A stretch of 58,080 bases of DNA, the filler included, from Catajapyx aquilonaris (lineage: Eukaryota): NCBI GenBank assembly GCA_000934665.2. It is 3 parts of 3 records of this genome, joined end to end, with 100 filler letters (N's around TTAATTAATTAA, not from the genome) between each part and the next. Parts side by side here need not be neighbours in the genome. Positions count along the whole stretch, not along the records: positions 1 to 19,276 come from JYFJ02006494.1; 2 more parts are not named here. One strand, written 5' to 3'. Within the stretch, counting starts at the first letter, position 1. Each line of letters opens with the position of its first letter. The position numbers and the translations under genes are program-made. Of the stretch, positions 1 to 12,200 are shown piece by piece. A model generated the notes under the pieces. It saw only the letters and a program-made list of their open reading frames with translations. It was not told where the DNA came from and made no database searches.

Positions 1-43
1 AGTACAAGGGCATGCCACACTTCTCCTGTGGCGCGGGGGAGCG

Positions 44-151
44 CCCGTCTGTGATTGGCCGGATAGAAGAGCCATGTTCCTCTGGCCAGACGTTTGTCCC
101 GTCTGTGATTGGCCGGATAGAAGAGCCATGTTCCTCTGGCCAGACGTTTGT
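44..151. repeat. Perfect 54-bp tandem duplication (2 copies)
   Basis: cccgtctgtgattggccgg...ccagacgtttgt at 44-97 and again at 98-151. Confidence 0.95.
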
Positions 152-1469
152 CCCCCTAGTAGCAGTCAAGGTTGTTGGTAAAAGCTAAAAGGTAGTACCG
201 TCCCACTACTTGTCGTTGATTGGTGCAGAGGTATACGTCACAAGTTTCATATATTCAAACTGGAATCTGCTTTACGTTTCTTTATATTCTTGATCACGGT
301 TATTGATGATCATTTTAAGTTTAACCCAATATGGGTGAGCCAGAAAGTTTCAAATGGGTACATTTGCAGCCCCATTCCTGTCAAATATGTCTGAAATCAC
401 AATTTGGATCTCGCGTATACGTGTGACGTGTTGTTTAAACGTACGTCACGTGACATTTGGCCTTCCTTTGGAATGGCTCTCCCTCTCCTCTCCTCCTTCC
501 CTGATAGAGCAGTCAGCAGTGTTTACCCCCAAAGGAAAGGTCGACGCAGATTGCAAGTCGCGTGATCGCTCTGCACGCCTCCCTCTGGGCGCAGGGCAAC
601 AGGTCTTTGACGCAGAATCTCCTGCGTCGATGTTAGCAGACGTTCGGCACGTGAGATTAGGCCTGCCCAATACTGTCACGTCAGGACTCAGAAGGAACAT
701 GGCAAATATTTGCAGCGAATCAAGCCAGTTGCTGTAGACGACTACCCTGCGGGTGTTTAGCCATCCATACTGGTTTACGAGTCATATCTGCTGCGTGGAG
801 AACTATTGCAGGCTGTCAGGTATGTATCTCTCGAGTTATCAGGAACTGTCAGTGTAGTATCCCAGAAGTAAAAGCTGGTACAGGCCATTGGAATTTGACA
901 GGACATTGTGTTGACCATTTGCAGAGTGGGCGGGTTATTGAGGGGGAGGGGGGTGTGACCCATTTTAAACATCCAGTTGGTAAGTCCCTGGCCAGGTAGG
1001 CCTTTGGTGCTTATGCGGCGGGCAAGATTGACAGATCTGTACCCCACCTGAAATCGTATTCTTCTAAATTGTTCAGTGACCTTATGATTTCCTCGTCAAC
1101 CTGGGTTATAACTGTTCGCTGCTGGTGAGGGGATACTGGATGGAGAATTCTGTTTCCTCAGTAGGATTCTGCATGACCACTTTTCTCTGTGTGTGCCTGT
1201 GTCTAGTCTTCCTCTGCCCTAAAAACCTCGATATATAACACTCCCTCATATACCACTCGATGGCTACACTTTCACTTCGGGAGACCCCACACTTTTCCCT
1301 ACTTTCATAGGCTTGCTTGTATCTGCTGAAAGATATTCGTGGATCCACTGAAGGTATACAAGCATGGTGTTTTTCCATAATGCCTGGGTACTGCAAGTGA
1401 GGGAGGGTTTGCTGGGAGGGAAGATGTGTAGGTGTGAGTGGGTGGTCAGTCTAGTCGAGAACTACCCAA

Positions 1470-1592
1470 GGCGAAGCGAGAGACAATGAAACTCCACACA
1501 AGGTGAGAAAGGGAAATCCCGGGCTTGGGATCAAACCTGGAACCTTTCTATCCATTGGCACAGGTGTTACCACTGCACCACTCCACCTCCCC
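1470..1592 (-). mobile_element. Degenerate tRNA-derived SINE head
   Basis: Minus strand reads gggaggtggagtggtgcagtggtaac...ggtttgatcccaagcccgg (A/B-box-like), similar to the head of the SINE at 16533; 3' limit approximate. Confidence 0.7.
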
Positions 1593-1955
1593 AGTAGGAA
1601 TTCGGAATATTAATGAAATATCTCTTTCTGCCATGTGATCTGGAAGACAAGGAAGCATTGTTTGTGATCTTTTGATGTAGTAACATACTACCTGTAATAA
1701 TCCCCATTACTTAATCATGCCTTATTATGATATATCCCATATTACACATCCTTGCTCATCCCGTTATGTGGCCTCAGGTGAACTGACACTTGCTAGAATG
1801 TGTGCAGTGAACATGTATAGTTGGCGTCAAAAAGATTCAGACACCCCCACATTGTCCCCTCGGTATCACATTCTAGAATATGTTACACAATCACTGTCTA
1901 TTTTGGCAGTCATACTAGTAGTCTCACCCACCGTTTCCCCCCAGTTCCTTCTGAA

Positions 1956-2452
1956 GGGGGCGCATTAGTAAAAAAATACGGTAACAATCGGTAACAATGC
2001 GAGCCCTTGGCGACCATGTAAACATGCATGGACAGCATATGGGGATTCGACATGTCTACGCTTCTGCAGCCGTTCGGCCGCAAAAATAAAGCAATGGACA
2101 CAAAAATTACACCAAAAAATAGGACATGATCTGGCGCAGGGCACCTTCGTCGTCATTTTACCATTTTCGGCCTAGAAGTGACCTTTTCATCGAGTTGAAG
2201 TGAAAGGAAAATGGCGTTCCCGAAAAGCCCATTTGAATAACATGGCGGCAGAAACGCGACAAAGTCAGGAACGCTTCTGAGCCCATATGTCCACAATTTT
2301 AATGCAATCATATTGGTTATGGTACCATAGTAAAGGCCAAACCTTTGCGCAGGGCACCTTCGTCGTGATTTTTCCGATTAACGGTCCGTTTCGCCACAAA
2401 ATATAAAATTCCCTCAAAAATGTGCCTACCGTATTTTTACTAATGCGCCCCC
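1956..2452. mobile_element. Non-autonomous TIR element, Kolobok-like MITE
   Basis: TIRs GGGGGCGCATTAGTAAAAA(AA)TACGGTA and its reverse complement; flanks TGAA/TTAA; internal repeat gcgcagggcaccttcgtcgt twice. Confidence 0.8.
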
Positions 2453-2762
2453 TTAAGCCCACAAAAAATCAGAGGTAGTGCTGTCAATAAGCTGCACTAA
2501 ACATTGGTGTAGGAAGAAAGCCTGCCACTAACAATATCGAGCGTCTGTGGGCAAGGCTGCAAAGTAGTGTATTCAAAGAGCTCAGGCCAAGAAACGGAGC
2601 TGCTCATCCAAAGTGTGTAAGAGGAATGGGGGGATTACCCAAGAAGAGACTACCATGCTCGCCAGGAGTTTTTCTCTGCATGTTCAGATGTGTCTTGAAA
2701 ATAATGCACATAAATGTCTACAAATGTGTCCAGATCAACTTTAAGATGTAAAATTGAATGTA

Positions 2763-3081
2763 CAGTGGAGCATCGATTATCCGAACAGAGTCTGCCCAGG
2801 GGGTGTTCGGATAACTGATTGTTCGGATAACCAATCATTTATGGAAAAAAATTGTACCAGTGTCATAGGAGCAATATGAAACTAAGAAACAGTGATATTA
2901 ACCACAAAACTGTATATTTTCTGTCACAGGCACGTCTTAAAAATACTGTACATATACCTTACTGTCCTTACATGACGTAGTCCTACAGTTTAGGGGGAAA
3001 GAGGCCAATTTTTCCGACCCGAATACGTTCGGTTAACCGATGGTTCGGTTGATCGATGTTCGTATAATCGATGCTCCACTG
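2763..3081. mobile_element. Tc1/mariner (pogo-like) MITE
   Basis: TIRs CAGTGGAGCATCGATTAT / ATAATCGATGCTCCACTG with TA on both sides. Confidence 0.88.
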
Positions 3082-3260
3082 TATTTTGTTTGATTTATTG
3101 TCAGTGTGTGTGTTCATTCACAAGAAGGGAAAGGGCGACACATTGTCTACACATTTCCCATCAAATGTTTCAAATGTTTATGCTATTTGGTTGGGGATTG
3201 AAAGTAGGCAGTTTCATAGTCCTCTTTATGACTGATGGTGGGGAACACATAGGTTAAATA

Positions 3261-3502
3261 TGAGGGGGTGAAAATAAAAAAAACCGACAGCTCCGTCATA
3301 AACGTAACAGAGAAAAACCTACAGTTTCGCCGTATAAGTCAATGTAGATACCTGAATGTAGCGGCTATTCCCATGTACATATGTAGGGTTTTTGATACCA
3401 TATTCAGGTATTATGTAGTCCATGGCATGAGGAATGCATTTCCGGCGCTAACTCATTTTTTAAATTTTCTGGAGCTGTCGGTTTTTGATTTTCACCCCCT
3501 CG
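3261..3502. mobile_element. mariner-type MITE
   Basis: ~35-bp TIRs (T/C)GAGGGGGTGAAAAT..AAAAACCGACAGCTCC with TA flanks. Confidence 0.88.
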
Positions 3503-4169
3503 TATGTGCCAGTACTGGTAATTAAGTTCCAGTAGAGTTCTTATGCATGGGCCATTTAAAAATGCATTTTAAAAATACATGGCCAAGTTGCTGATGACAG
3601 TGTGAAAGATCCATGGGCACTCTTCGATTGGACAGACTGCATGGAGGACCATTATAATCCTTGTTTTAATCACATTAAACTGTTTTATCAGAAATAATAA
3701 GCTTGTTATCATGTGGGCGTTTGCTGTAATTAAGGACTCTTCAGCAAAATGTTTTTTTTACAACACTTCCAGAGGTAAGGTAACATCTGATTCAGCAAAA
3801 TTTTTATTCCAACTGTCTAGCAGAAAAAAATGACCTGGAAGGGGACTGCGTTCCTATGCTTGAGGCTATTTGAGACTGAACATTATGAGACAGAACACTA
3901 GCAACATGGATCATTGCCAAGTAGAAATTTTGTTACAAAAGCATCTGATTACTAGTACCAAGAAGGCACTTTGTGGAGCTTGTAGTGGAAGTGTTGTGAG
4001 GAACTTGTAATATGATATTGACCAGTGTAATTCAAATGTGCGTCTTGTATGCGTGTGTTGTTAGGAGACGCCTCCAATGGTGAAGGTGAGGGAGGAGGTA
4101 GTCAGTGACTGTGTCAGAGTTACGGCGGCCAGACCATAAAGGCTCCATGCCAATGTAGTCAATGACCAT

Positions 4170-4179
4170 GGGAATTCCC
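4170..4179. promoter_or_regulatory. Candidate NF-kB/Rel site GGGAATTCCC upstream of the IkB-like gene
   Basis: Perfect palindromic match to GGGRNWYYCC about 2.1 kb before the ATG; function untested. Confidence 0.4.
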
Positions 4180-4683
4180 AGCAATCATTTGGAATATGTG
4201 CAACAATTATTGTGACCTTACTGTCAATTGACTTAATGTCAATTGAATCATTCTATGCATAAAAGTTATAGGTCATCAAAAATTCGAAATTGAGGTAACT
4301 TAGTTGTGATTTGAAAACTACACACACAGCCATGCCAGCTGACAATAAAGCTTTCAAATGTAGGGTTCTTTCCCTCAGACTGACAGTATTTTGTCACACT
4401 TTTTTTTTTTTTTTGCAGGGAATTATTCAGTAATACTCTCGTGCCAAGAAATTGGTTTGGCCTTGATAGTTTTTTTTTCTTTTCTGGATGATTCCACGAA
4501 AGTATTACTAGAATAATTAATGCTTCCTAGTACTCAGTAACCTTGGCACTTATTGATTGAAGGTCAAGAGCAGTTTGATAACTCCGCAGAGAATGTGATC
4601 AATTTTTGCATTGCCTTAAGTCTGGGTGATTGTGAACTACTGCAACGGAACCAACCATATGGCATTAATAATAGTGATGGTGA

Positions 4684-4684
<1 letters not shown>

Positions 4685-4735
<51 letters not shown>
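4685..4735. repeat. (ATT)n microsatellite
   Basis: About 17 ATT units; source of the spurious poly-I and poly-L ORFs. Confidence 0.95.
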
Positions 4736-4737
<2 letters not shown>

Positions 4738-6280
4738 TAGCAGGTTACCCGGATTGTTGCAACGGTTGCCATGTTAACCAATTGCCATGTAATCTCGTTT
4801 TAATTGTATGGATTCATTAAAATACAGTTCTACAAAGCGTACAAAATCCACACACATACTTTACTTGTCCATATGTGGGTGCATTTGCCTCTTGCGTTCC
4901 CCAGAGGGGACACCAGATTTCAACACTACTCTCAGACAAGGAAAGTAAGAAATATGCCTAGATATCCCCATCGACATCATCATTCATAAGTTTTCTAAGT
5001 ATTACAAACAATAAATAATTCATAACATTAATCAATATTCGAGAATTAATTACTAATCATATTCGGAATGTGAAGGTGTAGCCCTTATTTCCTGAGTTAA
5101 AATTCAAACACCTGTGTCTTAAAAAGCTGAAGCAATATTTGAGCTGGTTTGAACTTGCATCGTTAGCTGGGACTCTCCTGAAGCCCCCGTGACTACTGCC
5201 AGCTCTTCAGCAGCAGAAGAACCAGCGCAAAAAAATTAAAATATAACAACTGTGCAGGTGTCCCCTGTAGGGGACCCCTGTCTGGGGAACCCCTGTAGGG
5301 GACACTGCATATCTGGGTTAAAGGACTCACTGTCAAAGTCTTTCAAAGTCTGACAAAGTCTGTCAAAGTTTTTAATTATTTTTTCCAAATGTTATATTGG
5401 GGCTTAAATCTTGGTAGGAGGGGTTGGATATTGAAATTTTGACTTTCACAAAATATATTGAAATTTTGCATTTTGCACCCATCTAGAGTACAAATTTTGC
5501 ACCCAGTTTTCCTCTCCTTATATGAGTAGTCTTGCATAGAAAGGAATTTCTTTCTCAGGGGTGAGTTAGTGCTCTCCTACATTGATGGTACACATTACAT
5601 TGAATGACATTACCGTATGTAGTTTTATTTTGGTGAGTTAAGAAGGACAGAATAATTTTAAAACGTTACTACCATTTATTATGTTAAAGTGGCCGATTTG
5701 GCCGCCTTGATTGTTGATCCAAACCACACGGGGGAAGTGTGCATGTACGTAGCAACCATTCCATCTCGAATAAACTGTTGAAAGTGATAGATGGTAGAAC
5801 GGTGTGTTTTTCCCGAGACCCAGTTACTGCCTTGGTACATCCCTGTTCTGACAGGTGACAAATGGGACCACTACAGTGGGTAAATTGTCAAAAGTGTTAA
5901 TAGACAGCCCCTCCCCTTAGATATGAAGTGCTCACATGCAGATACTATTGAGGAAAAGCTAAACCTTCGGAAACGGAAAGCCTTATCACTGCCATGGAGT
6001 GAGAGAGTAGCTGATTGTGTGGATGTTCTGTGGCATTGTAGGAGTGAGTGTTGCAGGAAATGACCTAAGTTCTACACACCAGTACTATAGTTTTAAGAAA
6101 TGTTGGAGTCTGATATATTGCAGTATAACTGCATCAGGGTTTGATGTCTGCCTATACTGCACTTTGTCAATTTTTCTCATAACTTTTTTATTTCACTGTC
6201 CTTCAGTTCTGATGGCCTAGTGTATTTACCATGAGAATCTGAATAGAATTTCTGGCATCTGTAATTTCTTGCCTTTCAGA

Positions 6281-9200
6281 ATGAGAATTCAACAATTGAA
6301 TGACAATGCCATAGAGCAAAAATATGAGACTGAGGAAAAGAAAGAAGGCTCCACTGAATTCCTGCCGATTGTTGACGATTGCAAAAATGTCAACATTGGT
6401 CTGGATGATCTACCAGAAATGGTTCAAAATCTTCACCTAACTGATTTGAAGGTCGAGTTGATACCAAAAGAGGAACTGCCACCAGATGAATCCAACGAAG
6501 ATGAAGTACTTGAAAGGGGTCCAACTCTTGGTAACAGAAAAGCTGACCGCCATAAACCTTACCCATCGAATCAGACTCAACAGCGACTATTTGCAGAGGT
6601 GAGTTACATCATTACACAGGGTTTACACATCGTTACACAGGCTATTGGAGATTAACAACCATAGGGACACATTTTTCAGACTACAGCCACTGTAAATACC
6701 CGGCTGTATAATGGAGGAAGTTTTGTTCTGAAGCCTCCACTGCCTCCCAAGAATGAGATGCATATCAACATAATCGTTGCAACTGTAAGTAAACTGGCAT
6801 ATATTATTAGTCGTGATTTTTTTCTTCTTTTTACTAAGCTGGAATATTTCCAGAATAATCCGCGAGGTCTGAGTCAAGGTAGTCCAGATCACATCTCCTG
6901 TGAAGAACCACCTCTGGTGCCCTCAGGAGACACAGCATGCAAAGAAAACTTGCCTCCAACTTCCAGCCTCTTGCCATCATCCAATCAGGAGGCAGATGTC
7001 TTTCTACCACATTATACATCCCAGACAGGTCTCAATATTGCTTCAAGTCAGACAACATCAGACGAAGACAACATCATTCCCATATGTGGGGACTTACCTG
7101 CAGAACTTCAGGAAATGGCAGCTTGTGAACGAAACTTGTCAACAACTTCCCGAAGTCATTCCAGTGTGTCATTTTCTAGCCAGGGCAAGGCTGACCAATC
7201 CTCACCATTTACATCACAGGGAAGTCCTGACTTTTCTCTATGTCAGACCAGTCCCGAGTCTCAGTTTGATCATAACAGTCCAGGGTCTTCCTCCGATCCA
7301 GATTACTACTCAAATCAAAGTAGTGAAACTGACACTTTTCACTACCTGAGAGAGGCTAGTATAACAGAGAACTCCGACAACATTGAGAGGTGGGAATGTT
7401 TGTTTGAGGACATAAGGGGTATCGATCTAACAAACAGTGATGGTGATTCAGGGGCTGAAGTTGACAAGATTGAAAGAAACTTGATAGAAGAGTGTGAGGA
7501 CTTGTTAAGTAGTAGCTCAAATGCAAATTCGCCACAGGAGTACTCGCCAGAAGCTCAAAACTTGTCCTCAAGTTCATCACCAGAACCCCAAAACTTCTTT
7601 CCTCCAAATGAATCACCTCAAACCGCTTCCCCACCAAACACACTCTCCACAAGCTTGCCCCAAAATTGCTTCACTCCCATTGACTTTCCGCAAGACAATT
7701 CTGCCTCCGATTCAAATTGTCGTGTAATACAAAACACAATCCCAGTATGTGATGTCATCAAACCAGCCAACATGCAGCAGGCATCGCTCCTAAACATTAT
7801 CACCATACCAGCAGTACAAGTACCACAGCAAGCAACACAACTAAGGCCACTACTTCCAAAGGGCCACCTGCAAAACCCCACCAGCAACTATTCCCCTGCA
7901 GGTTCTACAAGGGCAAGAGAAATAATTCAAAGAAAGCTGAATGCAGAGATGAAGACCAAGTGTTTTGCTATGATTTGTAACTTACCAGAAAGCCAGTTGA
8001 CCAATCCGGATTCAGATGGTGATACGTACGTAGGAATCTTTCTCTAAATAATACAATGCAGGTGTTGTTTTGTTATAGATTTATGTGATGTTCTGTTGCT
8101 TTCCACAGGCAGCTCCACATTGCTCTTTCCAATCGAACCGAACCAGAATTGCTCTATGCATTGGTGGAAAGACTTCGAGACTTTCCAGCAGCCTTGACAT
8201 GCAAGAATAATGAACTAATGGTATGTATGAGACAGACTTCCATATAAAGGATAATCTGCTGCAACTGATTTTTGCAGAATGCACTTGATATAGCAATTAC
8301 TGAAAAGAAGGCACTTTATGCAAGATACTTGGCTGAGACTATGGTGGACGTTGGAAGAATTACTTCAGTCACTGAGGTGAGAGCATTTTGTCTTGCCTGT
8401 GAACAGAGTATTCATGTGGGATAAAATGAACAATGTGTGGTATTACATTGTAAAGGGGACCTTACTGAAACATTTCAACAGGCCATAGGGTGGGAGTTTC
8501 TTTTGGGCATGTCAATGCTTGATAATCATGAAGGAAATTAGAGTAAAAATATTGCACCATGTTATTGCACTATAACACGAAATAACACTCCCACTGGCAA
8601 GTTCGAAGTAAAATAATTGACTTCACTTTAAGAAATAAAATGCCTGGAAGGGCGGCATGGTGGTCTAGCGGCTACGCCGCTGGCCAGCCAAGCGGGAGGC
8701 CGGGGTTCAAATCCCGTCCCCGTCACCTCTGCTTGGCCGGGTCTTTTTCCGCTTTTCACCCGACATCCCGGGGCAGAATTGCACTCCCTATCTGCCCGGG
8801 GCCAGTAGAAAAGGCCTGGTGTTTTTCACAAGTCAGAAATGACTCAAAAATTACAGCGCCCTCCCTAGGGAACCTCCCCCTGCCCCCCTAAGAGAGCCAC
8901 TGGCTCTATCACGGGGTAAAAAAGTAATAATAATAATAATAATAAAATAATTTAAAAAAAATGCCTGGTAGTCTGATGGGTAGATGTTACTTAAATGTAT
9001 TGTGTACAATTTGTCAATTCAGAGCATTCTGTTCAGCAGGCATTATAACAGACATTTCCAAATAAAATGACCATTTTGCCTGCACTACAAGGCTCATGTA
9101 AATAGCATGAAAATGATTGTCTCAAATTTTAAATACAGGTGCAGGTACTCCTAGTTTTACGCCTTTTCACATTAACACCAGTTTCAAAATTACCTTTGAA

Positions 9201-12200
9201 AAAATTTTAATCTAAATTTTTTTGAACATTTGATAATGACAAACAATCTACACACAAACATATCAATGCAGCACTTCTGAGTCCAAACACACTACAGTAT
9301 AGGCACTTCTTTTACTTTTCATTGTGCATTGTGGCAAGGTCGATCGATATACAGGGTGAAGGGAAACTTGCACCCAATCGCCAGGTAGACTGATAGTACT
9401 CGCAAAACTAATATAGGGATGTGCAATTAGTTTTTGGCTCCTTTGCGTAGTTAATGCGTATAGCGCCCTTAAAGTGTAGAGGGCCGGATGGAGGAATATG
9501 AGGCAAAAACAATAAAGTGCATGTGTGTCGTGCCTGGATTCTTACTCTCACAGGATCTGTTCACCTATTGCACGTGGACGATGTGTTAGGGGACCAAGGC
9601 AAGGGATCGGAGGCCCTCGAACTGACTTTTGCTTCTCAGAAGCTGGCAGAACGGATGTGACGTCACGAAACTTTGACGGCGCCGTACGCATTCACTACAC
9701 AACGGAGCCAAAAACTAATTGCACATCCCTATGTCAGTTTTAAGAGTACTATAAGTCTACCTGGCGATTGGGCGCGAGTTTCCCTTCTCCCTGTATGCAG
9801 TACTGTATTGTTGGTCTCTGCACTCTCCGAAGCACTTTACCCGTTGTTACAATGCATTGCCGTAGAAGGGAAAGGAGCCCTCAGAACACAATGATCATCA
9901 AGCTGGAACCTCCCATTAATTGTGTGTAATAAATGTTTCAAATATTCAGCCTTAAAAACAGCAATGTTAGTATTGTCCATGGGAAAATTTTCACAATTTT
10001 GGAACCTATCTCATTTACTTTCATTATAATTTGGGTTTGTTTTACGCCTTTTCACTTTACTCCTCATGTTGCTGGAACCAATCAACCAGCTAAAACGAGG
10101 AGTACCTGTATACATCTCAAGAAATCAAAGCTATGGAACAGTTGCATTTTTAATATTCACTGCTAGTAGAAAATTAAGAAAATTAAGTTAATCTTTTCCA
10201 TTTTGTGTGTTTCATATGGAATTCAAGGGTCATCTGTTCATTAGTTAGTGGTAAATGAATGATACTGAATTCGTGAACAAATTTGTTACCTTGGACATCA
10301 GCCCTTGTGCTCTTTTGTGTCATTCAGGTGGTGTCTGTGTATTGCTGGTTACACAACGTGTGTTATGTTATATTGGAAATTGCAATTGGTAACTGGTAGT
10401 GTACAGTTATCATGCTCTCAAAAAAATGCAAATGGGGAAAAATACGCTACTGTAATCATTGGGTGCCCTTTGCCATCATAATTGAGTTGAAGATTTTAGA
10501 AGATTTCTAACTCATTTTGTGGCCTTTTGTAATGTTTTTTTTTTTATTTTAGTACTCCGTGATGACCCGTACTGGTTTTTAGGGGGATCGCACAGCCCCA
10601 ACAAACAAATACATATATTTAATAGGTGACCGGAAATTTCGTCCCCCAAAAATTCGTCCCTGACACATTACGCCCCCAACAAATTACATCCCCAGAAAAA
10701 TACGTCCCCATCGGGGATGTCCCCACAGAAAATATTTCTAAATTAGAGTGTAGTGATACATGATCATTAATCAAGAACAATGTTATCCAATCCCCCATAG
10801 GGAGTAGCAGCACTGGAGTATCCCACATTAGACATCACAGATCGTACATGTAGCGTTGGCATGGCTACGCTTTCATTTCAGGAGACCCCACACTTTTACC
10901 TACTTACCTAGGCTAGTATCTGCTGAAGGATAGCCTGTGCATCCGCTGAATAATAGGCTCATATCTGTCAGGAAGGAACGTTAGGTAATGGGGTAGGTTG
11001 GTACAGTACAGTGTCCCCCTACCTCTGCCACATTATCCCGATATGAAAGTCTTTCCATTGGCATTCATCTGAACTTTGAAGGAACTCATTTTCACAGAGA
11101 TCTCCTACTCAGCCTACTAGAAAGAGGTTATACTTTTATATGGTTATTAATTTTACATCACGTTACACTATAGATGACATGATTTTCCTCTCTTTCCCTT
11201 GGGACGGGGACGAATTGTCGGAGACGAAATTTCCTAGAAGCCATCTAATAACCAAGAACATAGTGAATTTACAAGTAATCTACACAGATTGCACAGGTCC
11301 AAAATTTTCACTAGACCCATCAAAAAAAGAAAACTACTGAAAGCTGAGTCTTTCATGAAGTGGGTAAACATCCAATGTATCCTATCAGGAGGAACATGAG
11401 GTAGGTTACTCAGTACTTTTTTTCTGAGCTGAATGGTTTAATTACACTCGAACAATATGTGCTGCATAGTAAAGGGTACATCCAAATTGCATTATTGACG
11501 TGATTCAGTTAAAGAGAATTCAATTTGTACACCTTTAAACCAGAGGTTAAAGGAGTTATTTCAGATAAACTATTGTTTATCCGCACCTTAACAACACGGT
11601 CGATGTTAGGCGGACGGGGGGCCTCCCGACGATTGGCAACGTTGCGTCGCAAACAATCGGGTGCCTATTGATACTGCTGCATGGTTACATGGAACTGTGC
11701 TTTATTCTTTTTTTCGGGCTTTCGAGGATTCAATTCGGGATTTTGAGGTGATTAAGTGGATGGAATAGCCCTTTGTCTTGGTGTTGCTGTATGGCTTTTT
11801 GTTACCGCAACTGTACTGTACAGTGTTGTGGTATCCGCAACATTTACTGTCCGTCTTGTGGCGCCGCAGGCCAACGAACGTTATTGTGGCTTTGCCACGC
11901 GCGAAGTACACCTTCACACAGTCCGTTAAACCAACAAACTACATGACGCCAAGTTCCGTCCGCCACCACCAGGCTCTCCCCTCCAATCATGCCCGCGACT
12001 CACTCTGCAGGCATACTACTGCACACGCTCATAAAACATGGCTTATGGTGTGACATCATGTCGTTCTTTGGGTTAACGGACTGCAGCAACCATCATGGCT
12101 TTCATATTTCCCACCTCCTTCATTAACACTGTGGTCCTAGCACTCGTCTGAACGGATCGCGTGGCAGGGGTAAGAAGACGCCCTTTGTTATGCTCGCCCA

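Noticed and set aside
2520..2570. ATNNIERLWARLQ, similar to Merlin/IS1595 or Tc1 transposase motifs
   Set aside because: Too short, with no supporting flanking motifs
4553..4820. ORFs with poly-Ile and poly-Leu resembling signal or TM peptides
   Set aside because: Translations of the (ATT)n microsatellite
8648..8720. tRNA-like sequences here and at 16533, 17740, 12810 and 1592
   Set aside because: They continue into SINE bodies, in two cases with tails and TSDs, and lack a clean cloverleaf; not tRNA genes
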